Shown here: piece after piece, positions 1-11,268 of the stretch
Layout: every line of letters starts with the position of its first letter
How positions within the stretch are numbered: the stretch's first letter is position 1
Source: Lepidodermella squamata
Lineage: Eukaryota > Animalia > Gastrotricha
NCBI GenBank assembly: GCA_047495785.1
Contig: JBLDXI010000009.1
Location: forward strand, 5,394,001 to 5,458,000
Reading direction: 5' to 3'
Length of the DNA: 64,000 nucleotides
Position numbers and translations under genes: made by a program
The notes under the pieces: model-generated
The model's input: only the letters and a program-made list of their open reading frames with translations
What the model was told of the DNA's origin: nothing
Database searches by the model: none

Positions 1-385
1 GAACCTCTTGCAACAAAAAGCTCACAAAATGGTAAGCTGCTCGGTTTGGGAATTCTGCATCGGTCAAAGCAACTCCACAGAGACCATCAGGCTGCAGTTC
101 CGCATGACATTTATAGCGACCTGAGTCAAAAGATTTAGTAGGTTGATCAGTATACACATTTTCCGCTGCCAGGCTCAGCATGTCGGTGGGGAAAGGACCC
201 ATTTCTCTAAAATTGAATAAAATTGAATAAAATTGAATAAACGGACAAAATCGTGGAAGAACTTACTGGTCTAGCTCATCAAGTACGAACATGTCCACTT
301 CGTGGCCTTCAAATTCATGCTCTTTGCTTTTATCTCCCTCGGCTACCTTGGTGTAGTATAATACGTGGATGGCGAAAAGCTTCAT
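1..385 (-). CDS. YKT6-like longin-domain protein, copy A (3' end runs off the window)
   Basis: ATG at 385 (MKLFAIHVLYYTKV...), GTAAGT..TTTTAG intron at ~208-266, then EMGPFPTDMLSLA...CHAELQPDGLCGVALTDAEFPNRAAY; close paralogue of 3763-4449. Confidence 0.7.
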
Positions 386-714
386 TTCGTGGTTCGACTG
401 TATGCAAATGTGTAAGTTGCTTCTGCTGCCATTCGATCGGCTGTCTTATAACCTGATAGCCATAATCGCGAATTCTTATGGCATATTTCATCATTCATTT
501 TGGCCAGTCACATTTTATAGGCCGTGATTGTAAACTATTTCAAGGTAATAAATAAGTATCATTGAGTTGAAGAACCAGTTGGCCGGTTCAGCAGAGCGTA
601 ATAAATATTATATAAATATTCATAGAGTAATAAACCGTTAAAAATGGCAAAGGTAACCTTCTTCTTCAACATTCGCATCTCCTAGATGATTTTTTAAAAC
701 AGCGCGCTGTAGCA

Positions 715-1024
715 ATGTCGATTGAGCAAACGAAAATTGGGCAACGAAAATAGAGCAAGGGCTTTTGACCAACGATATTAGAGCAAACGAAATTAGAGCA
801 AAACGACTTTTCGGCAAAACGACACGAGAGAAAATTTTATTTACTACAAATACACAGCAATAAATATTAAATTGTGACAGCTGCAATTAATTATTAAATT
901 TGCTCTCATGTCGTTTTGCCGAAAAGTCGTTTTGCTCTAATTTCGTTTGCTCTAATATCGTTGGTCAAAAGCCCTTGCTCTATTTTCGTTGCCCAATTTT
1001 CGTTTGCTCAATTGACATAGAACC
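715..1024. mobile_element. Foldback-type MITE with ~115-bp inverted arms built from ~15-bp subrepeats
   Basis: 717-830 is the reverse complement of 903-1016; GTAGCAAT is present on both sides (709-716, 1025-1032); left terminus slightly truncated. Confidence 0.75.
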
Positions 1025-1106
1025 GTAGCAATTTATATTGCGAACGAGATTATTGTGAATTGTAGATTGTGTAATCACTTAAAAGTCCAATCCAATGCGC
1101 ACGCTG

Positions 1107-1320
1107 ATTGGTCAATCGATCGTTGTTATGACTCCCGGATGAAACATGTTGGTCGCAGCAATTTACGACCATTAATAGGTATGGAGTTTACGCTCGTGGT
1201 CAATGGAAACCGTGCAGAGGGTGTGGCAAGGTAATTTTTTGCATAAATATCAAATTAGTGGATCGCACGACTAAATTGTTTCATTCCGGAGTCATTATTA
1301 GCAACGATAAATCGACCAAT
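1107..1320. repeat. Degenerate inverted repeat (old MITE)
   Basis: ATTGGTCAATCGATCGTTG..ATGACTCCCGGATGAAACA pairs with TGTTTCATTCCGGAGTCAT..CAACGATAAATCGACCAAT. Confidence 0.5.
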
Positions 1321-1929
1321 TTATCTGGGCGCCAAAGTTCAACTTACCAGAGGTTCCACAATGTGATTTAATGTGCCATGAAACTCTTCGAGCCTCAACT
1401 GGCCTCATCACTGAAGCTACAATTTTTCGGGCCATCGGTGCGGTAGTCTTCATCATGAACGCAGGATAAAAATCGTAAGATTACTCCGTATTCACTAGCA
1501 CTATGCCCAGGAAACAGATTGTAAAGACAACGAATTAAATTTGTTTCGATTTGAATGGCTGAAATATCTATCTGCAATGCTTAGAAATATTTTTTTGAAA
1601 ATTCGTCGAATCTAAATTTTGGAGGACTGTCAAAATTCTGATAAAAGGAGGGCGTTTTCAGAGAGTTTAATAACCTTTTAACTTTGATTATCTCCTTCAA
1701 ATCATCATTTTACTTTGAGCCAGCATATCACTAGCACCAACAGTTGGATTCGTTTGGCTGCGGGAAACTCACTTGGGGTTCCACATCGGGGGAAGTTGTA
1801 TTTCTCGATGGCTAGCTCGATAATTATTCGTTTTATTTAACGCATCACGCATTTAGATATATTTCCCAAGAAAGTATCAGCAGCCGCCAAGTAGTCTCCA
1901 TTATGGTTTTCCCTCACTATTGTGACCAA

Positions 1930-2800
1930 TTACTTTTCCTTCGCTCTTCCGTAATCCGCTTGAGAAAGTAGATCTCGAGCGAGTTTCATCTCCCTCTTGA
2001 TTTGTTCTTCCACGTTTTTGCAAAATTGAACCGCTTTCAGCATAGCCCGATGAATTATCAAACTCCTTGTAGAAAAGTAGAGCCTAATTTCCTTGTCAAT
2101 CTTCTCAAGCTGGGCATCATCCCGTTTGCTGCCCCTCGGAGTCAGAGCAACTCCACAGAGACCATCGTGCTGCAGCTCCACATGACATTTATATCGGCCA
2201 GCGTCAAAAGATCTTGAATGACCAGGCTCCGCATTCTTAATTGCCAAATCAAGAATTTCGGTAGGGAAAGGACCCATTTCTCTATAATTGAATAAAGTTG
2301 AATAAACGGACAAATTCTTGGAAGTAAGAACTAACTGGCCCTGAGAAACTCAATTAGACTCGGGAACCACGTGCGTTCGCAGAAAGTCCACTCGCCTTTC
2401 GGAATTGCAAACTGAACCTCTCGCAACAAAAAGTACATAAAACGGTAGGCAGCTCGGGTTGGGAAATCCGCATCGGTCAAGGCAACTCCACAAAGACCGT
2501 CGGGCTGCAGTTCCACATGACATCTATAGCGCCCTGAGTCAAACGATTTCGGATGATCAGGATCCGCATTTGCCATTGCCAGGCTCAGCATGTCGGTGGG
2601 GAAAGGACCCATTTCTCTATAATTGAATATATATGTAGTTGAATAAATGAAAAAAATTCGTCAAAGTAATTACTAACTGGTCTTGCTTAGGTATCGAAGA
2701 CGAAATTCCCCACTTCGTAACCTTTCCCCAAGCCGTGCTTGCTTTTGTTGCCATCGGCGTCCTTAGTGTAGTATAATACGTGGATAGCAAAAAGCTTCAT
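1930..2800 (-). pseudogene. YKT6-like longin copy B, rearranged (intron plus exon 2 internally duplicated, second copy deleted)
   Basis: ATG at 2800; exon 2 stops at FLRAS* (2331) and is joined to a second intron+exon 2 (1930-2335) lacking ~38 codons between ALT and RGS; splicing at the duplicated donor is out of frame. Confidence 0.65.
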
Positions 2801-3293
2801 TTCGTGTTTAGACTGTATATGCAAATGTGTGAGTTGCTTCTTTTGCTAAACGATCGGCTGTCTTATAACCTGATAGCCATAATCGCGAATTCTTATGGCA
2901 TATTTCATCATTCATTTTGGCCAGTCACATTTTATAGGCCGTGATTGTAAACTATTTCAAGGTAATAAATAAGTATCATTGAGTTGAAGAACCAGTTGGC
3001 CGGTTCAGCAGAGCGTAATGAACATAGACATATTTTCGTATAGTAATAAACTGATGAAAATTCCAAGAGCTAAGTCAGATAGTATGTTTTCATAGAATGT
3101 GAAGATCTGAAGTTTATTTTTAAATTTGTTTCCAGAGTTTAACGCTCGAAAGAAATAAACTAAATAAGACACGCTATGAGCGATAGGTTGCGGAAGTATT
3201 AATGATACCAGACCTGTATGTTGAATATCATATTTTGCATAAATGTTCAAAAGCATGGCTATCCTGAAATTCTTCCAGCGTACTTTACACCTA

Positions 3294-3446
3294 GTGACGC
3301 CGAAATTGCGTCTCAGGAAAAATCTGGAAATAAAAACGCGAACAAACCAAACCATTTATCGCCTAGGTACTTTCCTCATTTACCAAGCCATCTCCGCAGG
3401 CTGCTCTATTGTCCGATTTTATCTTGAGACGCAATTTCGGCGTCAC
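3294..3446. repeat. Small inverted-repeat element
   Basis: GTGACGCCGAAATTGCGTCTCA at 3294 pairs with TGAGACGCAATTTCGGCGTCAC ending at 3446. Confidence 0.6.
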
Positions 3447-3762
3447 CATGCAGATATTTTCCGGCTACAAACTTTGTTAAGAACGAATTCAGCAGCGTTC
3501 TGGACGATAATACGCGCTACAGACCACTCTCTGGAACCACGATTTAGTTTTGCGCAACCAAAAGAATCGAGGGGTTCCAGATAAGGGGGGCAATTTTATT
3601 TCTCCATGGCTTGCCTGAGAGTATTCCCTCATTGCTAAGCAATCGCATCACACCGGTATAGGCACATTTTTCCCGAAATATTTAGTTGATCGCTTTATTT
3701 AACGCATCACGCATCTAGATTAATTTCCCAAGAAAGCATCAGCAGCCGCCAAGTATTTTCCA

Positions 3763-4449
3763 TTATGGTTTATTGTCACCAATCACTTTTCCGTCGCTTT
3801 TCCGTAATTCTGTATCCGATTGAGAAAGGAGAGATTGAGCGAGCTTCACCTCTCTCTTAACTTGTTCTTCCACGTTTTTGCAAAATTGGACCGCTTTCAG
3901 CATTGCCCGATGAGCTATGGAATTCTTACGAAAAATGTAGAGTCTAATTTCCTTGTCAATCTTCTCCAGCTGTGCTTCATCACGATTGCTGCCCCTGAGA
4001 AACTCAATTAGACTCGGGAACCACGTGCGTTCGCAGAAAGTCCACTCGCCTTTCGGAATCGAGAGCCAAACCTCTTGCAACAAAAAGGCCACAAAAATGT
4101 AAGCCGCTCGGTTTGGGAATTCCGCATCAGTCAGAGCAACTCCACAGAGACCATCGTGCTGCAGCTCCACATGATATTTATATCGGTCAGCGTCAAAAGA
4201 TCTTGAATGACCAGGCTCCGCATTCTTAATTGCCAAATCAAGAATTTCGGTAGGGAAAGGACCCATTTCTCTATAATTGAATAAAGTTGAATAAACGGAA
4301 AAAGTCGTGGAAGTACGAACTAACTGGTCTTGCTTATCGAAGATAAACGTCTCCCCATCGCAACCTTTCACCCAGCCGTGCTCGCTGTTGTTGCCTTCGC
4401 CATCGGCTACCTTGGTGTAGGTTAATACGTGGATAGCAAAAATCTTCAT
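3763..4449 (-). CDS. YKT6-like longin-domain protein, copy C (intact; 54-nt in-frame intron 4271-4324)
   Basis: Longin pattern YHVELQHDGLCGVALTDAEFPNRAAYIFV resembles YKT6 LCHVYVRNDSLAGVVIADNEYPSRVAF; C-terminal coiled coil; no CAAX box or TM anchor. Confidence 0.7.
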   Translation of the reverse strand: MKIFAIHVLTYTKVADGEGNNSEHGWVKGCDGETFIFDKQDQLVRTSTTFSVYSTLFNYREMGPFPTEILDLAIKNAEPGHSRSFDADRYKYHVELQHDGLCGVALTDAEFPNRAAYIFVAFLLQEVWLSIPKGEWTFCERTWFPSLIEFLRGSNRDEAQLEKIDKEIRLYIFRKNSIAHRAMLKAVQFCKNVEEQVKREVKLAQSLLSQSDTELRKSDGKVIGDNKP

Positions 4450-5096
4450 TTCGTGTTAAGACTGTATGTAAATGTGTTAGTTGCTTCTATATTGCCGTTC
4501 GATCAGCTGTCTTATAGCCTGATAGCAATAATCGCGAATTCTTGTTGCATATTTCGTCTTTACATTTTGGCCAGTCAAAGGTTATAGGCGATGATTGTAA
4601 AAGAATTCTAGGTCATAAATTGTGTTCAGTTTTCAGTGATTTGAAGAACCAGCTGGCCGATTCAGCGGAGCGTTGTGAGCATCGAAATATTCATAGAGTA
4701 ATAAACCATTGAAAATTCCAAGAGCTACAAAGATATGTTTTTATGGAATGTGAAATGTGAATATCTGAATTAGTTTCTTTTTAAATTTGTTTCAAGAGTC
4801 TAGTACATACTCGATACAAATGAACTAAATAAGACACGATATGATGGGAGATAGGTTCCGGAAGTATTGATGATACCTCAGTCGAGTGTGTTGAAGATCA
4901 TAAGTGCGTACATTGTTTTTCGTAAGCGTGTCTATCCTCCAGCATAAAGGCTCTCAGAATTCCAACGTCTCACGTTGCCGGAAACAATACTCGAACGCGT
5001 AGGCATTACATCTTGACAGTGTCAGTGGACAACTTCCTGAAATCACAAGTAATGAATATTGCAATAAAAAATCTCTTATATATTCATTCAATAAAA

Positions 5097-7403
5097 ATGT
5101 TGGGCAAAATCTGTTTCGTGATTCTTCTGCTGCCCCTCTTAGGCTTAAGTGCTAAGCCAGTTGTACGAATTTTGAACCTGATGCCATTCACTGGTCTTCA
5201 GCCAAATGAATACAAAACATGCCGAGCTGTAACAGAACTCGTGTATCAAATTGCCAATGAGCGAACGGACTTGCTTCCACACTACAAATTGGAACCTCAA
5301 TTCTCAGACGATGGCGCGGGAGTGTTCACTGCCAGGAGCCTCCTCGAATTCGATGAGCAATTCGTAAATGGTAGGATACCTGGGCAACATACTTACAAAG
5401 CTCCTGTAATATCTGGGTCTTTATTCTCTTGCGAGTTAGTAGCAGCATTTGCCCACATTTTAGATTACGTTCAAGTTGCTTCTTGCACGAGTGAATTACT
5501 AAACAATCGTGCTAGATTCCCGAACCTTTACTTAATCAGGCCGATTGCGTCGCAATCTTTCATCGCAAGGCTAAGATTCATGGTCGATGTTGGGAAATGG
5601 AAGTATTACGCAATTTTCTCGAATCCAACGTCCGACTTCTACAACGCAAAAGCTCTTCAAGCTGCTGGGTCGAAATTGGGGCACGAAATATATTTCGACG
5701 TTATGACAGATTTCGACGACCAGGCTGTAGGTGCCTTGAAAAAGGCTGATATTCGCGTGATTGTCCTCGTTTCTAGCGCGAATAATGTCCTTTTGAAGTT
5801 GTTATGCCAATTTCATGACATTGGTATAACTGGCTATCGGTATGTTTTCATCCTACCAGGAAGCAGTTTCTCAGACCCGAGTTCACTGCCAAAACTCATC
5901 AGTCCTGGTTGCACGAGGGAGATGATTGCAATACAGTATCTATCCTCAGTTTGGGTTACCTCACAGAGCATAACTGACGAGGTGAATGTTAAATCATCAC
6001 TTGGATACAGCTTGATAGAAACTGATCTGTTACTCGACAACTACACCAACAAAATGAGACACCCTGATTACGGAACTCGCCATCTATGCCACGACACGGC
6101 TCTTCAAACTATTCTGCTGCTCAATGAAACTGAGGCTAGATTGAGGCGAGAAGGTCTGTCCTTACTTAATATCACCCAAATGCCTCGCTACATTGCAAAA
6201 ATTACGAACGAAACATCGCCTGGGATAAGCTACATGGGTCTAAGAAAAAGTGGGTTAAGTTTCTACAATGAAAGGGCCGAGATAACGGGGAGTAAGTGGC
6301 CGGTTTTCCGATGGAACCCGAAAGATGGCCAACGAACCGTGGCTACGATTGTTTAAAAATCCACAGGAAGTAGTGCTGAATTTTCGAGTTATCAAACCCA
6401 AGCAATTTCAGCGATCAAGTGGCCAACATATGATGGCGAGCCACCAAAGGAGCGAGCTTCGTTGAAATTCGAATTGAGAGAAGTTCAAATCGAGTTGAGA
6501 ATCGTAATTTACCTTGTAACAGCGATTTCAATCATTTTCAAGGTCGTCGCTATTAGCAAAGTAACAAAATCTGCTCGAAAATCTCAGCGCAAGCCGTTAT
6601 CTTCAGCATTCATATTTGCAGCGTTGCTTCTCGCCGACGTCTCTTCCATTCTCTTCTCAACAGAAATGAGCTTGGCTTCTGCATATCCTTGTCATTTGGC
6701 AAGGTTTTTCCTTCTTTCAATCGGGCTTAGTGCTTCGAATGGAGCGATGGTAGCTAGGGTCTTATTCCCGTATCTAGACGTTATTAAGTACTCAGATTTG
6801 CGCGAAATATTCCTGTTGAATAGCCCGATTGCTAGAAGTCGCTTCAGATCAAATAATTGCTCATCGTCTGCTGCGTCAGTTTCGTCGAAATCAGCTGCCC
6901 GTCCCAATTTTCGAAAATTCGACAGGCTAAGTTTGACAGTTGGCGCAATTGCCTTTGGTGTCACCTTGATCTACATGGCGATATGGGCTTCAGTTGACAC
7001 ACCTACATGCAAAAAAGTCGCGCTCTATCGAGTTCCTAGTTACATTGAAACACAGGATGTTTTTCTGGCCGAATATGCCTTCAGTTGTTCATCGCAGTAT
7101 CAAAATGAGTGGATGGCCGCTATTCTCACAGCGAACATCCTTGCTTTGGTTTGTGGTTGTTACTTCGCCAGGTATTTGTGTCGAATCGCCCGCTTCATAA
7201 AGCATCATCCCGATTGCAAGTTCATCTTGATAGCGATGGTGAATTTTATCGTAATCTCTCTTGCAACTTGCCTCATACTTGTCGCAGTTCCGCGATCACC
7301 CATCAATGAACGGATAGTAGTTTCCGTGACAGCCGTCTTGATATCGATCTCGTCGACTGCGATTCTATACTTTCCGCATTGGAAAGTTAGGCTGCTGTCC
7401 TAA
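5097..7403 (+). CDS. Class C GPCR, GABA-B-receptor-like (signal peptide, Venus flytrap domain, 7TM)
   Basis: Signal peptide MLGKICFVILLLPLLGLSA; NERTDLLPHYKL and LNNRARFPNLY VFT motifs; IKWPTYDGEPPKE linker; about 7 hydrophobic helices; the two ORFs are in one frame, separated by a single TAA (6354-6356) lying inside a possible 75-nt intron. Confidence 0.75.
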
Positions 7404-8601
7404 AGCGAACCATTGAATGTCAAAAGATGAACATGTTATTTAGTTATGTTGATGTTGATCAAGCTTTCGACGGGTAGGTAAGGTCCTATACGGCTTAGGA
7501 TCTATTTATTTATTTTATTTAGAAGCTATTACACCCAAAGAGGGAAGCTTATAAAAATCGCACTTCGCACCAATGAGTCACCATTTATATCGTAATATGC
7601 CTATAGATCAAACTACGAGATATGGGGCTTTGTTGTTTTCCGCTTCGTGTAGTTTACGCATCAATTAAATTGCAAGATTGAGGAGCTGCATGCGAGCCTG
7701 CACTTTGAAAATAGCAGCCATATGATTCAAGATGGGATAGCAGATCCAAATAAATTTCAAACACACTCAACTAGATTGTAGCCTCCAGAACCTTGCACCT
7801 TGCAGTTGAACGTGCCTCAAACTCAGCCTCGAGTCAGTTCAGGTCCCCATTTGTTGCAGACGTCGGCACATTCTCTTGTGCCGATGCTCCCACCTAGGTT
7901 CTAGTCGGATTCCCGGCGCATTGCTTCTTAGCAGCCAGTTCTCTGAAACTACGGATGCTGCCCCCTCTGCAGTGTCCGACGTCCAGGGGGGGATGGAGGG
8001 GATCAACCCCCAGCTCGGCCGGGCCAGACGACAACATAAAAATGTTGTCTGATTCGTTCATTTTTAGAGGTTTTGGAGCGTTTTTCATTGGAAAATCTTC
8101 AAAATTTTCTCGCTTCACTCGTTTTTAATGGAAACGACTAGTTATTTTGGCAAATACCGCAAAAACCTTTTTCCATCCCTGGCAGCTCCGGGACCCAAGA
8201 TCGCACAAAGGATCTATTTCATTTATTTCGGCTAAAATTAGGCTGCAATGCGTTTATTTGACCGCTCATCTTTGTAAATTTGACACGTACCCTGAAATCT
8301 TGCCGAATATTTTATTGCCAACAAATCTATCCGACCAGGGCTGACACAATCAAGGGAAGCAAATAACCTGCATCTGCTAAGATTTGAAGCTGCGTTTGCA
8401 TGCAATAGTGCTGAACCATCTCAATCTGTAAGTCTCGTATTTCCTAGAAAGGTAAAGGGAATACATGTTGAACTGGGAAAGAACCTAGAAGAAGAAAGGA
8501 AAAACAACTATCGGTCCAAAAGATTAAGGCAGGAAGGAGTTAACGATGAAAAGAGCTTCCTAAATCTGAGAAAGAAAACAACCGCCAAGTCAATATTCCG
8601 A

Positions 8602-9517
8602 CTAGCTAAGATTATTTACGGAAAGCTTATATGATCGCTTTTGTTTAGGATGTTGTTTTGTGAAGCAAGACAGCAATCCGCTGAAGGCGCGCCTCCTTTT
8701 CCGGTGAGCAGTCACTGTTGGTTCAGGAGTAAAACCGTCGTCAGACAAGGTATCTTCAGCCTCACACGGTTGCGGCGGCAAAAGAAGCGAAGCTCTCTTC
8801 AGTTTAGCATCCTGCTGATTCAAGCAATTCATCATTACTCGTAAACCTTCACTCGCCTCTTTTACAACTCTCTGCAAGCGTAAAATTTCTTCTTCTTGCT
8901 CGTGTTGGAGCTCAGTTGCTCCTTGCAGCTCCGGATTCGCAGCGATCGCGTCCTCGTCTATGTTAATCTCAATCCTTGGAAGTCGTGCAAGTCGTTGTAA
9001 CTGCTCATCGCGTAGCATCACTGCTTCGATCATGCTTCGTAAGCTCGACTTCATCTCGCTTATTTCCGTTTTCAAGCGTATAATAGGATCCCCGAACTTG
9101 AGAAGAAGTTTGTCTAGCTCGGAATCAATCACGGCACCAGGGGCCAGCGTAAATCGCTGTTGCGTCAGAATTTCAGCGAGTAATTCATGCGCGAGTTTGC
9201 GAGGGTATTTAGCATTTGTTATGCAGATAGCGCAAAATCCGCTTTTGTGCAGGTTGACGTGGAATATGAAACCTTTGTCCTCGATTGAAGCTGTAGAACC
9301 TGGTTCTAAATTCCGCGAATTGCGATCACTTCGTTCAAGTAGCAAGTCATGGACTCTGTGATTTAAAAAAACTTAGATTGTAACCACTTTGAAAAGTAAT
9401 AACAAACCCGATGCGCTGAGAAGGCTGGAAGCAATTCAAGTCATACACCCAAGCGATTCTGGATGAAGGAGAGCCATTTAAAGGATTTAGAACAATTTGA
9501 ATGGCGAAGAGTTTCAT
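8602..9517 (-). CDS. YKT6-like longin protein, copy D, with two SNARE-like coils
   Basis: MKLFAIQIV start at 9517, intron 9356-9407 at the same position as other copies, FIFHVNLHKSGFCAICITNAKYPRKLAH longin motif, LKTEISEMKSSLRSMIEAVMLRDEQL resembles the YKT6 SNARE N-half. Confidence 0.7.
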
Positions 9518-10344
9518 GGCTTAACTAATGGTATTAGGTAATTGAAGAGTCCGATCGGGGAAGACTTGCTTAAATAGGTATTGACCATAAGCGATTGCAT
9601 TCTTTTGCAATATGAATCACGCTTCTCTTGTTGGTTGGGGCATTCCGATCCACCGTTCCGAATGAAACTTGCATCGGAAGATCTTGGAATATGGTCATAG
9701 CATCTGGTCTGGAGCAAAAATGAATGCTGCGCCCGATTGAATCAGTCGAAAAACTATCATTCATTTTTTTCCTATTCAGCATCTATCGTATTCATCTATC
9801 TTATTCATCTTCTATCTTCTATTCATGATATTCCACATGTCTGAATTCGGTGAATTTTTACGATAATTAGATCACAGATATAGGTATAGTTGCCAGCAGA
9901 TTTCTCAGCAGCGCCCTAAGTCGATTTTGTCATGGTGATACTAATCCTGGTCAAGTTCTCTTATCTTGAGATACATGAAAATTCTGTCTTACAGTCATAT
10001 AGGCTTTTTATAGGCTTCGATGCAGTCCAGTAAACTGTCTTGCTTGCTTCTGGTAAAACGGTTGCTGTGAATTTTCATTGATTGTCGCTCCAACATACTA
10101 TTTAAAGACTTTGAAGAAGTCTAATGATGCTTCAGGCGGAAAAGTCGCAAAAACTGAAATTGAAGTTTTTAGCTGCGCCAACAAAATCTCATTTCGCGCC
10201 TGAGAACTCGTGTGAGGACATATATTTGCATGAGATGAGCTGTAGTAGGTTTTTCAAAGTATGGTTAATTTCAAGTTTTATTGTTTTCCGTTGAAGCAGA
10301 GTTGTTGCTCTATTGTCAATAAGAGGGGTCTTCAGCCTCCAAGC

Positions 10345-10944
10345 CTAAGACGAAGAATTCCCCTCAACGTTGAACATAATATTATCCGCCGTCATACTCT
10401 CGCGAGCTGGACTTGTAAGCATGAAGTATATTCCGGCTTCCTCTGGGTCGATTTTTTCCAACATTATCGTATCAACCAGACTGGCATACTGGCCCTTTTT
10501 CAGATATCGCTGTAAGAGGAGAGCAAACAGGAAATTCCCTTTGATGCAACTTCGATGTATAATTTCCGGCTCCAATGGCTTGTATTGCTCGTAAAGTTTT
10601 GCCTGCAACTTGACGACAGCTGAGTGCGGGTATGCGATATCGGTAACGACCACAATGCATAACCCATTCGCCTTACGAACCACGTGAAATATGAATTCGT
10701 GCTCAGGATACGCCATCTCAGATCCTGGTTCGAGCTTTCCAGTAACGAGTTCGCTGGTTATCTCCATGAAAGCTCGCATTCTTTCGAAAGTTTTTGGATT
10801 AGCTCAACATCAGCTTATTGACGTTCAAACATACCTATCATGGTGCTGTTCAGCGTAGTCATCTAAATGATAAGCGCCGGAGATGATTTTCAATTTTGGA
10901 TCGGTTGAGGTGAAGCGTCCTAACTGCAATGCGTATAGCTTCAT
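10345..10944 (-). CDS. YKT6-like longin protein, copy E (longin domain, no recognisable SNARE or CAAX)
   Basis: MKLYALQL start at 10944, intron 10781-10834, MRAFMEITSELV and FIFHVVRKANGLCIVVVTDIAYPHSAV resemble YKT6 VQEFMTFTSQLIV and the longin core. Confidence 0.72.
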
Positions 10945-11268
10945 TCTTGATTGTGCCACTCAAAAAATGTATAAAAACGCTGCTTTCTTTGCGGAATAGC
11001 GGTGGGCCAATTTAAGATATGAATATTGTCTGCTCACCGTGAGTTTAATGGGCTAACAGGTGGCTGAGTTTACTGAAGCGATAATAAGACCCTTTTCGCG
11101 AGAACTTGTAAAGGTGAATGCCAAGATAGAAGTAAAAAAAAATCAAGCTCAAAATTTACTCAAATCCGAAAACGAGAAACCGAACAAAAAACTGAGTAAA
11201 ATATTTTTATTTTCAATAATTTCAAGATTATTTCCAGCCAAAACAATTGATATATTTAACAACTTTTA

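Noticed and set aside
717-1016. 15-bp periodic repeats resembling a CRISPR-like array
   Set aside because: No unique spacers; the repeats form two mirror arms of a foldback MITE in a eukaryotic genome
6354-6356. Possible TAA reassignment or programmed readthrough in the GPCR
   Set aside because: TAA terminates several other genes in the window normally (e.g. 22023, 34579) and the context TAA-AAA is not a known leaky one
7969-8200. hAT-like left end CAGTGTCCG..GGGGGGG
   Set aside because: No matching right TIR or TSD could be found
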